Source of the DNA: Vicinamibacteria bacterium
Lineage (GTDB): Bacteria; Acidobacteriota; Vicinamibacteria; Marinacidobacterales; Marinacidobacteraceae
Length of the DNA stretch: 64,000 bases
Assembly: GCA_963555995.3 (NCBI GenBank)
Contig: OY821641.1
Coordinates: forward strand, 2,496,001 to 2,560,000
Direction of reading: 5' to 3'
In this document: piece after piece, positions 8,918-17,768 of the stretch
How the letters are laid out: every line of letters starts with the position of its first letter
Position numbering within the stretch: position 1 is the stretch's first letter
The notes under the pieces: model-generated
The model's input: only the letters and a program-made list of their open reading frames with translations
Database searches by the model: none
Told to the model about the DNA's origin: nothing
Position numbers and translations under genes: made by a program

Positions 8918-11900
8918 TTAGAACCCAAGGAGCTGGTCCAGCGTCGCCAGCCGCCCGTTCGCGACGACCGCCCGCACCCGCCGCAGGTTCGAGATGTCTT
9001 CGAGCGGATTGCCCTCGAGCAGCACCAGATCGGCGAGGGCCCCCGGCGCGATGACACCCAGCTCCCCGGCCAGCCCCAGCGCTTCCGCGGCGGTCACGGT
9101 GGCGGCCCGAAGCGCTCCCGCGGGCCCGAGCCCCGCCTCCGACAACTGTTCGACCTCGACGATGAACCCGAGCCCGTAGGGAACGATCGGGGTGTCCGTC
9201 CCCGCGATGATGCGGCCGCCGGCATCCGCGATCGAGGTGACCGTTTCCCACATGGGGCGCATCAAGGCGAGGCCGCGCGCGACCTGCGCCTCGCGGTCGT
9301 CCGCGGGCTCGCGTGGCGCGCTGAGCGAGGAAGCGAGCCAGGCGGGAAACGCCCGGATCCGGCGGTCGGAGGAAACGAGATCGGGCTCGCGGGCGAGCGC
9401 CAGGTCCCAGCCGCCGTAGATGAGCATGGTCGGCGTGAAGAACACTCCCGACGCGGCGATCAGGGTCCGGACATCCTGGTAGGAACGGCCGAGGTCGGTC
9501 ATCTTCGGCGAGAAGCCCCGCCGCGACGTGCCCTTGACGTGTTCGAGGCCGTTCACCCCGTAGCGGACCGCCGGATAGAGCTCGTGGGAGGTCACGAAGG
9601 CGCCGAAGCGCTGGGCGCGGCGGATGGCGTCCCGCTGGGATTCGTCGTCGAGCCGGACGTACGTCTTGACGACGTCGAAGTCGAGCTCCCGCGCGAGCCG
9701 CAGCAGCACGTCGCGCTCCTGCGCGCTCCCGAGCGCCGCGGCGCCCGGGTAGTAGATCCGCGTCCCGTCGAGCGTGCCGCCCGTCAGGAAGATCCGGGGA
9801 CCCACGCGGAGACCGGCCAGGATGGACTCCCGTTCCTCGAGCGTCCGGTAGGTGGCCGCCGCGGGGATCCGCACCGAGGTCACGCCGTAGGCGAGGTGCG
9901 CGCGCCCGAAGCGGTTCCCGAAGGCGGGGGTCATCGGATGGGTGTGCATCTCGATGAGCCCGGGGATCAGCGTGGCCCCCTCGCCGTTCACGACCCGCAG
10001 CTCCTCCGGGAGCGGGTCGCCGGCCGGGGTCACCGAGACGATCCGGCCCGTCTCGATCAGGACGTCCTGACCGGGCGCGACCTCGCCCTTCTCCACGTCC
10101 AGGATCCCGACGTCGTGAATCAGCAGCGTGCCCGACGGCGGCGCGAGCGGGAAGTCGTGGCGCAGGCGGATGGCCGCGGAACCGCTGCCGTCCGCCTCGA
10201 TGCGCAGGACCTCCGTGCCGGACACGGCCACGATCGCGGCCCCGTCCGGCGTCCAGGAGGGGAAGTCCACCGGCCCCTCGAAGATGGTCTCGGGAGGCCC
10301 CGCGGGCGCACCCGCCGCGTCGAGCCGCAGGACGGCCAGCCCCCCGCCCAGAGCGAAGGCGAGCCGGCTCCCGTCCGGCGAGAACACCGGTCCGTCGGAG
10401 TCGCGCGTGCCGAAACTGGCCGCGGGCTCGTCGAGGAACCGGGTCTCCCCGCTGGTCGCGGCGACGAGCGCGATCCGGTTCCGCCCCTCGCGGTAGCGGG
10501 AGGAATACGGGACCAGGCTCGCGAGCGCGATGGTCTCGCCGTCGGGCGACCAACTCGGCATCCCCGCGCCTCGCCGCGCGGTGTACACGGCCCGTTCCTC
10601 CTGCGCGGCGTCGGGACCCGTGTCCAGGTCGCGGCTCGTCACCCGGAGGTCTCCCCGTTCGTCGAGCCAGGCGATCCGGGCGCCGTCGCGGGTCACCGCC
10701 GGGCTCACCTCGGCGCCGAGCCGGGCGGTGAGCTGGGTGAGTCCCGCGCCGGGTCCCGAACCGAGCCGTTTCTCCCAGATGTCCATCGTCCCGCCGCGGT
10801 CACTCGCGAAGAGCACGCTCGCTCCGTCGGGCAGCCACACCGGGTCGGTGTCGAGCCAGGTGTCGCGGGTCAGCGGCAGCGGCGCCTCCGAACCGTCGAG
10901 CGGGGCGGTCCAGATGTCCCCGAGGGCGGCGTAGAGCAGCCGGGTACCGTCCGGGCTGATGCTCGGCCGCACGATCCCCCGGACCGGAAGCGTCTCCTCC
11001 GACTCGGTGCGGATCCTGCCGCGACGCTCCGGCGGATGGCGGATGCCCAGCCCGGCCGACATCGGAACGGGTTCGGCGGCCGGCGCGGCGCTCTCCGCCC
11101 CTTCGGCGCCCTCCGGGGGAGGCCCCACCCCGAGCCGCCGGATGCCGCCGTCGGCTGTATAGAGCAGGGTCTCGCCGTCCAGCCACTGGGGCCGGAAGGG
11201 GAACAGGTCCTGGCCCGCCCCGGCGAGGACTCGCGGCGCGGTTCGCTCGTCTTCGTCCGCCGGGTCGGACCCCTCCGCCGCCGCGAGGGGCGCGAGCACC
11301 CACGCGCTCGCGGTGCCGATGTCGAAGCGGCTTCCCATCAGGGTTAGGCCCTCGTACTGGAGGCGCCGGAACACCACCTGCGATCCGTCCGGACTCACCG
11401 CCGGGGCGGCGACGTTCCCCTCGCTTCCGGGCAGGGCGGCGGGAACCGCGCCGGCTTCCAGCGAGACCCGGTGCACCGCCCCGTCCGCCTCCCCCTCGGG
11501 AGTCGCGACGAAGACGATCCCCTCACCGTCCGGGGTCCAGGCGGGCTGGGACTCGTTGCCGAGGGTGCTGGTGACCGGCGTCACCTCTCCGGTCGCCACG
11601 TCCAGGATCCAGATGTCGTAGCTCCCCGCGCGATCCGAGGAGAAGGCGATCCGGGCCCCGTCGGGAGACCACGCGGGCTCGCGGTCATCGAAGTCGGTCC
11701 TGGTGAGCTGCTCGGGCTGCCCTTCGAGGGCCAGTTGCCAGATGTCCCAGGTCCCCGCCCGGTACGACTGGTACGCCACCCGGCCGCCCTCGGGATGGAA
11801 GTCGGGTAGCCGGTCGTCGCCGAGACCATCGGTCAGCGCCTCGGCGGAACCGCCCGCCGCCGGCAGCAGCCACAGGGTCCCCTGCAGGTCCATCACCAGT

Positions 11901-12031
11901 TGCTCGCCGTCCGGCGAGACGGCGACGGCGAAGTTGGTGCCCTCCGTCACCCGGACCATCCGCTCGGCAGTCTCCTGAGCCCCGGCGGGGGCAACGCCGC
12001 AGGCGAGCAGAAGGAGCGGCAGGCGCCTCAT
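8918..12031 (-). CDS. Exported amidohydrolase with TolB-like (PD40) beta-propeller repeats
   Basis: Signal peptide; repeated P.WSPDG motifs; PGLIEMHTH, AGTD, GALADLVLL.GNPL.DI. Confidence 0.85.
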   Translation of the reverse strand: MRRLPLLLLACGVAPAGAQETAERMVRVTEGTNFAVAVSPDGEQLVMDLQGTLWLLPAAGGSAEALTDGLGDDRLPDFHPEGGRVAYQSYRAGTWDIWQLALEGQPEQLTRTDFDDREPAWSPDGARIAFSSDRAGSYDIWILDVATGEVTPVTSTLGNESQPAWTPDGEGIVFVATPEGEADGAVHRVSLEAGAVPAALPGSEGNVAAPAVSPDGSQVVFRRLQYEGLTLMGSRFDIGTASAWVLAPLAAAEGSDPADEDERTAPRVLAGAGQDLFPFRPQWLDGETLLYTADGGIRRLGVGPPPEGAEGAESAAPAAEPVPMSAGLGIRHPPERRGRIRTESEETLPVRGIVRPSISPDGTRLLYAALGDIWTAPLDGSEAPLPLTRDTWLDTDPVWLPDGASVLFASDRGGTMDIWEKRLGSGPGAGLTQLTARLGAEVSPAVTRDGARIAWLDERGDLRVTSRDLDTGPDAAQEERAVYTARRGAGMPSWSPDGETIALASLVPYSSRYREGRNRIALVAATSGETRFLDEPAASFGTRDSDGPVFSPDGSRLAFALGGGLAVLRLDAAGAPAGPPETIFEGPVDFPSWTPDGAAIVAVSGTEVLRIEADGSGSAAIRLRHDFPLAPPSGTLLIHDVGILDVEKGEVAPGQDVLIETGRIVSVTPAGDPLPEELRVVNGEGATLIPGLIEMHTHPMTPAFGNRFGRAHLAYGVTSVRIPAAATYRTLEERESILAGLRVGPRIFLTGGTLDGTRIYYPGAAALGSAQERDVLLRLARELDFDVVKTYVRLDDESQRDAIRRAQRFGAFVTSHELYPAVRYGVNGLEHVKGTSRRGFSPKMTDLGRSYQDVRTLIAASGVFFTPTMLIYGGWDLALAREPDLVSSDRRIRAFPAWLASSLSAPREPADDREAQVARGLALMRPMWETVTSIADAGGRIIAGTDTPIVPYGLGFIVEVEQLSEAGLGPAGALRAATVTAAEALGLAGELGVIAPGALADLVLLEGNPLEDISNLRRVRAVVANGRLATLDQLLGF

Positions 12032-12077
12032 CGCCGCCGATCCTAACGCTTCGGGATTGCCCGGAAGCAGGGACCGC

Positions 12078-12243
12078 CGGCTTGGAACGCCGGCTTCAGC
12101 CGGCACCCGCCGTGCGCAGCGCAGCGCGTGGCACGACGTTGACCTGCCCGATGACGCTCGGCTCGGGTCCATCACCGCGACTGGCGGCACGACATCCACG
12201 GGTCGGCGGCCCGCTTTGCCGGCTGAAGCCGGCGTTCCAGGCC
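12078..12243. repeat. Inverted pair of REP variants (REPIN-like)
   Basis: GGAACGCCGGCTTCAGCCGGCA at 12084 and TGCCGGCTGAAGCCGGCGTTCC at 12217. Confidence 0.7.
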
Positions 12244-12456
12244 ATTTCGCCATTTTCGTGACCGGCGGGGTGCGCGGGAGGACGCCCCCATGGGTGTTTC
12301 TCAAGGTGGGGACCTCCAAACCGGCGGCGCCTCCTGAACCGACGACAGGAATCGCCGTTTCCGCTGGCCGAAGCGGGCGAAATGGCATAGGGTCTCCGCT
12401 TCCGTCGGCAGCGGTGACCTGGTTCCGGGGACGCGCGCCGGGCTCTAGGCAACCCC

Positions 12457-13044
12457 ATGACCCATCCGATTTCCGTACGAGGCGCGTTCGCGTTGTCCTG
12501 CCTCGTCGGCCTGGCGGCGGCAGCCGCCGCGAACGGGCCCGAGGAGTCCGCGCGCCAGGAGGTCTGGCTGGGCGACCAGCTCGCGGTGAGCTACGCGGCG
12601 CGGATCGAGGCCGACTGGCTCATCGTTGACGTGCGGCATGAGCCGGGTTGGCACACCTACTCGATGGACAACGTGCTGCGCGCCGCCGAGGTGACCGGGA
12701 AGGCCAGGCCCGATACCGAGCTGCCGACCCGCATCACGCCGTCACCCGGGATCGAACTGGCGCCACCCTGGCGGCAGACCGCCCCGACCGAGCTCTCGCA
12801 GCCCGAACTTCGCTGGTACACCTGGGGCTTCGAGGCACGCTCCTTCTTCGCGGCGCGCGTCGTCCGGGCGGATCCGGGAGGCTGGGTCCAGGTGGATGCG
12901 CAGGCGTGTACCGACCGGCTCTGCGCCATGGTGGACGGACTGCGGGTCCCGGTGACGCGGAGCAGCGAACGGACCATCGCTCCCGAGCGCCTCGAGGTGG
13001 TGCGCCATCCGGAGAGTGACGAGGCCGCGGCCGGCTCTCCCTGA
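12457..13044 (+). CDS. Exported protein with DsbD N-terminal-like domain
   Basis: Signal peptide; HEPGWHTY and QACTDRLC (Cx4C) motifs. Confidence 0.6.
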   Translation: MTHPISVRGAFALSCLVGLAAAAAANGPEESARQEVWLGDQLAVSYAARIEADWLIVDVRHEPGWHTYSMDNVLRAAEVTGKARPDTELPTRITPSPGIELAPPWRQTAPTELSQPELRWYTWGFEARSFFAARVVRADPGGWVQVDAQACTDRLCAMVDGLRVPVTRSSERTIAPERLEVVRHPESDEAAAGSP

Positions 13045-13125
13045 CCGGCGCTCCCCGGCGACGCCCCGCGGGTCTTGCCACCGGCCGTCCGGCTGTCCCG
13101 TGCGCCGGGTATCGTTTCCGGCGGC

Positions 13126-14328
13126 ATGATGTTCTCCCGCTGTCTCCTCCCCTGGACCCATCGTCGCCGCGCGGTCCTGTGCCTGCTCGCGGTCGCGTTC
13201 GCGGGTTGTTCGGCTGCCCCGGATCCCGCACCGCCGCCAACCGTGGCGGAGGCGGCAACGGCCGCCGCCGGCGAGATTCGCCGCGTGATCGAGGATGACG
13301 GACGCGGCGGCGCCGCCTTCGGCATCGTGGTCGCCGGGGAAACGGTCGTCGCCGCAGGCTTCGGCTTCGCCGACACCGAAGGGCGGACACCCGCGCGGGC
13401 CGACCACCTGTACCGGATCGGGTCCATCACGAAGCCGGTCACCGCGATGGCCATGCTGCGGCTCGTCCATCTGGGGGAGGCGCGTTTCGGCGATCCGGTG
13501 ACCGCATTCGTCCCGGAACTCGCGGAGGTCGAAAACCCCTTTTCCTGGACGCCCGGCCCCAGCATCTTCCAGCTCGCGACGATGACCGGCGGGCTCGCCC
13601 GGGAGCCCCGCAACCTTCCGCGCTACCTGGTGGGCGCTCCCCGGGACTGGCTCGACACCGCGCTCCGGGCGCTCGATGAGGTCTCGTTCGAGTACGAACC
13701 CGGAACCCGCTACCAGTACTCCAACATCGGCTACGCGATGCTCGGCGCCGCCGTGGAGCGGGCCGCCGGCGAGCCCTTCATGGATCACGTCAAGGCCAAC
13801 CTCCTGGCTCCGCTCGGGATGGACTCGAGCACCTTCTTCCCGGTCCCGGAGCTTGAAGACCGCATCGCGGAGGGGGGCACCGTGAAGGACGACGGCAGCC
13901 TCGACGCCGAGACGCCGGCGCGGGAACACGCCGGGCGCGGCTACAAGGTGCCGAACGGCGCGCTGTACTCAACGGTCGAAGATCTGGGCGTTTTCCTGCG
14001 TTTCCTGATCGGGACCGGGGGAGAGCCGTTCGACGGGGTGATCCCGGCGAGCGTCCGGCAGGACAACCTGACGAAGGCGTTCGCCACCGGGGACCTGGCG
14101 AGCGGGTACGGGTTCGGATTCATGGCGCGCCGCCTCGACGACGCGGGCGGCCATCCGTTCACGGCCTACGGGCACGGCGGAAGCGTGGCCGGGTACCGGG
14201 CGGCGGCCTGGATCGAGCCGGAAACCGACGCCGCGGTGATCCTGCTCCGGAACGTGGGGGGCGATGGGCTGAACCTGTCGGAGCTGTCGCTCGCGGCGCT
14301 CGCGGAGGTGGTGGCGGCGCTCCGCTGA
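13126..14328 (+). CDS. Serine hydrolase (class C beta-lactamase/PBP-like) lipoprotein
   Basis: Lipobox FAGC; SITK (SxxK), YSN, HGGS. Confidence 0.87.
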   Translation: MMFSRCLLPWTHRRRAVLCLLAVAFAGCSAAPDPAPPPTVAEAATAAAGEIRRVIEDDGRGGAAFGIVVAGETVVAAGFGFADTEGRTPARADHLYRIGSITKPVTAMAMLRLVHLGEARFGDPVTAFVPELAEVENPFSWTPGPSIFQLATMTGGLAREPRNLPRYLVGAPRDWLDTALRALDEVSFEYEPGTRYQYSNIGYAMLGAAVERAAGEPFMDHVKANLLAPLGMDSSTFFPVPELEDRIAEGGTVKDDGSLDAETPAREHAGRGYKVPNGALYSTVEDLGVFLRFLIGTGGEPFDGVIPASVRQDNLTKAFATGDLASGYGFGFMARRLDDAGGHPFTAYGHGGSVAGYRAAAWIEPETDAAVILLRNVGGDGLNLSELSLAALAEVVAALR

Positions 14329-14353
14329 GCCGGGTCTCCGCCGCTACCGAGGA

Positions 14354-15577
14354 GTGCCCCGCCTCCCCCGCATCTCGCTCGCCTGGTGGATCCTCATCGG
14401 GATGGCCGGGGGCGTCGCCCTCGGCCTCGCCGCGCCGCAGTGGGCCGAGCGCATCGAGTTCCTCAGCACCCTGTTCCTGCGGCTGATCCGCTCGATCATC
14501 GCGCCGGTGCTGGTGGGGGTCCTGATCCGGGCGATCGCGGGCGCCGGCTCCATGGGCGCGCTGGGGCGGCTCGGCTGGAAGTCGGTGGTCGCCTTCGAGA
14601 TCGCCACCACCATCGCCCTGCTGCTCGGCTGGTTCAGCGTGGCGGCGACCCGGCCCGGTGACGGCCTGTCGCTCGGCGGAGCGTCCGGGGTCGAGCTTCC
14701 GGAACCGGCCGGGTTCGTGGAGGCGCTGCAAAACGCGGTTCCGACGAGCATCGTGGACGCCTTGGCGCGGGGCGACGTCCTGCAGATCGTGGTGTTCTGC
14801 TTCGTGTTCGGAATCGCCTGCCTCTCGGTGGGCAAGCGAGCCCGGCCGGTGGTGGACTTCGCGGACGCGCTGGCGGAAGTCGCGTTCCGCTACACCGACT
14901 ACGTCATGTACCTGGCGCCCCTGGCGGTGTTCGCCGCGGCCGCGAACGCGATCGCGGGCGGCGGGTCCGCCGGCCTCGAGGGCCTCGCCGCGTTCACGGC
15001 GATCGCCTGGCTGGCGCAGGGGTTTTTCCTCCTCGTGGTGCTGGCGGGAGGCCTGCTCGGCTGCGGCATCCCGCTGCGGCGGTTTGCGCGGCACATGCGC
15101 GAGCCCTTCCTGGTGGGCTTCGCAACGACCTCCAGCGCCGCCGCCCTGCCCCAGACCCTCGAGAACCTGCAGCGGTTCGGGGTGCCGCGGCGCATCCTCG
15201 GCGTGGTCACGCCGCTCAGTCTGAGCCTGAACATGAACGGCAGCACGATCCACCTGGGCATGGCGACCCTGTTCATCGCGCAGGCGGCCGGGGTCGCCCT
15301 CTCCTGGGAGCAGGCGGCGATCATCCTGCTGACGCTGAAGGTGACGAGCAAGGGGGTGGCCGGGATCCCGCGCGCCAACTTCGTGATCCTCGCGGCCGTG
15401 TTCGAGGGGCACGGCCTGCCCATGGAGGGGCTCGGCATCCTGCTCGGGATTGACGCGCTGATTGATCCGATCCGGACGAGCACCAACGTCGCGAGCCACT
15501 GCGCCGCGCCGGCGGTGGTGGCGCGGTGGGAGGACCCCGGGTTCGCGAGGCCGGAGCGGCCGGACGCGACGGGCTGA
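14354..15577 (+). CDS. Dicarboxylate/amino acid:cation symporter (DAACS)
   Basis: FLRLIR.IIAP, FATTSSAAALP, NMNGS, D.IRTSTNV; many TM segments. Confidence 0.9.
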   Translation: MPRLPRISLAWWILIGMAGGVALGLAAPQWAERIEFLSTLFLRLIRSIIAPVLVGVLIRAIAGAGSMGALGRLGWKSVVAFEIATTIALLLGWFSVAATRPGDGLSLGGASGVELPEPAGFVEALQNAVPTSIVDALARGDVLQIVVFCFVFGIACLSVGKRARPVVDFADALAEVAFRYTDYVMYLAPLAVFAAAANAIAGGGSAGLEGLAAFTAIAWLAQGFFLLVVLAGGLLGCGIPLRRFARHMREPFLVGFATTSSAAALPQTLENLQRFGVPRRILGVVTPLSLSLNMNGSTIHLGMATLFIAQAAGVALSWEQAAIILLTLKVTSKGVAGIPRANFVILAAVFEGHGLPMEGLGILLGIDALIDPIRTSTNVASHCAAPAVVARWEDPGFARPERPDATG

Positions 15578-15601
15578 TCCGTCAGCCCGTCCCCGGGGCG
15601 G

Positions 15602-16432
15602 CTACCGGGCGAGGAGGCGCCGGGCCTGGCGGAGGTGGAGTTCCTCCAGCAGCTCCCCGTCGAGTTCGACGACCGCGACGCCGCGGGCGGCGGCGTCCTC
15701 CATGACGCGGACCACGCGCTCCGCCCAGGTGCGTTCCTCCCCGGTAGGTGCGAAGGCCTCGTGGATCACGGGTATCTGCGCCGGGTGGACCGCGGACTTG
15801 CCGTCGAAACCCGCCTCCGCGGCGTGGCGGGCGCTCCGGCGCAGCCCTTCCAGATCGCGGAAGGCGAACCACGGCGCGTCCCACGCGTGAATCCCGGCGG
15901 CGCGGGCGGCGAGCAGGATCCGCTGCCGGACGAAATCCAGCTCCGACTCACCCTGCCGCATCCGGGCGCCGATGCTCAGCCGGTAGTCGGCGGACCCGAA
16001 CACGAGGCCTTCCACGCCGGGTACGCGGGCGAGGTCGAAGACGTTCGCGGCGCCGGGCGCGGTCTCGATCATCAGCCAGAGGGGCGCGGCGCGGCCCAGG
16101 AGGTCTCGAGCGACCCGGACAGTCTCACCGGATTCGGCCTTGGGGATCAGGACGGCGTCAAACCCGGCGGTGGCCGCCGCTTCCAGGTCGGCGTGTCCGC
16201 CGGGGCCCTCCGGAGGGTTGGTCCTGAGCGCGACGACCGCACCGGCGCCGGCCAGCGCGGCCCGGGACCCGTGAAGGCGTTCCCGCGCGGTGTCCTTCTG
16301 CGACGGGTGGACTCCGTCCTCGAGGTCCAGCACCACGATGTCGGCGCCGCGGCTGGCGGCCTTCGCGACCATCCGCTCGCTGGAGGCGGGAACGTAGAGG
16401 AGCGAGCGAAGCGGGCGAGTGTCGGCGTCCAC
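15602..16432 (-). CDS. CitE/HpcH-family CoA-ester lyase
   Basis: RSLLYVP, LDLEDGV, PKAE, MIET, GFDGK.AVHP.Q. Confidence 0.87.
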   Translation of the reverse strand: MDADTRPLRSLLYVPASSERMVAKAASRGADIVVLDLEDGVHPSQKDTARERLHGSRAALAGAGAVVALRTNPPEGPGGHADLEAAATAGFDAVLIPKAESGETVRVARDLLGRAAPLWLMIETAPGAANVFDLARVPGVEGLVFGSADYRLSIGARMRQGESELDFVRQRILLAARAAGIHAWDAPWFAFRDLEGLRRSARHAAEAGFDGKSAVHPAQIPVIHEAFAPTGEERTWAERVVRVMEDAAARGVAVVELDGELLEELHLRQARRLLAR

Positions 16433-16524
16433 GGCCGCGAGTATTCCACTGTTGGGGGTGGGCGTTGCGCCGTCCCGGGCGGTGGGCCGGGAACCGAAGC
16501 GCCGCACCGTTCGTTTGGGTGGAC

Positions 16525-17073
16525 ATGATGAAACTACTGCGCCATGCAACCATGGCCACCGTCGCCCTCGCCCTGACCGCCCTCCCGGCGCTCGGGCAGG
16601 AGCGACCCTGGCTCCATGTCCAGGTCGAAGACGGAGACGACAACACCAAGGTCGAGGTGAACCTGCCGTTCGCCGCGGTGGAGGCGCTCGGCGACTCGCT
16701 CGGCGGGCACATCCTCGACGAGATCGAGAGGGAATGGGACCACGACACCGACGTGGACGTGGACGCCGAGGACCTCCAGGCGCTCTGGCAGTCGCTCCGC
16801 GACAACCCGGGCGCCTGGGTGACGATTGACGAAGAGGACCGGGGCAACCTCCGCGCCCGGATGGACGGCGACGAGATCCGCATCGAGGGCAGCGGCGGCG
16901 ACGGCGCGCTCGATGTGCGGTTTCCGGTCGCCTTCGGGGATGCACTCTTCGGTGAAGAGGGAACCAAGCCCGACCTCGCCGCGGCCATCCGCGCGCTCGC
17001 GGACCACGACGATGTCCTGGTCTCGGTCGGCGGGGACGACGGCCGGGTCCGGGTCTGGATCGGACCCCGGTAG
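16525..17073 (+). CDS. Exported hypothetical protein
   Basis: Signal peptide, acidic mature region, typical codon usage. Confidence 0.7.
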   Translation: MMKLLRHATMATVALALTALPALGQERPWLHVQVEDGDDNTKVEVNLPFAAVEALGDSLGGHILDEIEREWDHDTDVDVDAEDLQALWQSLRDNPGAWVTIDEEDRGNLRARMDGDEIRIEGSGGDGALDVRFPVAFGDALFGEEGTKPDLAAAIRALADHDDVLVSVGGDDGRVRVWIGPR

Positions 17074-17079
17074 CCGGTC

Positions 17080-17643
17080 ATGCTCCGCCTGCTCGGACTC
17101 CTGCTCGCCGCGGCCCTGATCTCGGCGCTCCTGTTCGGCGCCTGCGCCGCGGCCTGCGGCGTCGCGGTGGTATCGGTGGTCGCCGAGGAGGGGCCGAAGA
17201 TCGTGGCGCCGGTGCCCCTGATGCTCCCCCTGGCCGCGCTCCATCTCGTCCCGGATCACCTTGTGGACCACGAGATCCATGAGGAAATGGATGCGTTGGA
17301 AGGCGCGGCAGTCCTGGCGCTCGGGCCGTTCGCGCGGGCCCTCGAAGCGGCGGGCGACGCCGTGCTCGTGCGGGTCACCGACGGAGAGGACCAGGTCCTC
17401 ATCGCCACCGAGGGAGACGACCTCGTCGTCCGGGCCCGGGAAGGAGGCGATTCCGGCAACCGGGTCTTCGTGCGGACGCCGCTGCGCGTGCTCGGGGACA
17501 TCGGCGACGCGTGCGAGGCGTTGGGGGATTCCGAGGTCCGCTGCGATCCGCTCGGGATGGCCCGGTCGCTGCTGTCGGCCGCCCGCGGCACGGAGATCGA
17601 GGTGCGGGACGGCGAGACGCGGGTGGACGTCACCGTCTGGTAG
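17080..17643 (+). CDS. Membrane-anchored hypothetical protein
   Basis: Hydrophobic N-terminus; 6 nt after the preceding gene. Confidence 0.7.
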   Translation: MLRLLGLLLAAALISALLFGACAAACGVAVVSVVAEEGPKIVAPVPLMLPLAALHLVPDHLVDHEIHEEMDALEGAAVLALGPFARALEAAGDAVLVRVTDGEDQVLIATEGDDLVVRAREGGDSGNRVFVRTPLRVLGDIGDACEALGDSEVRCDPLGMARSLLSAARGTEIEVRDGETRVDVTVW

Positions 17644-17697
17644 CGCGGTTTTCCGAACCAGGTGTTCCACGTCGTACGCGTCGTGAGGATGGGTGAG

Positions 17698-17756
17698 GTT
17701 GCGACGTGCGCGGCGCGGAGCGCCGCGCGTGCCGGTCTGGAGACCGGCGTTCCAAG
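17698..17756 (+). repeat. REP family A copy between convergent genes
   Basis: Matches the family A consensus. Confidence 0.85.
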
Positions 17757-17768
17757 GCGGTACGCCGC

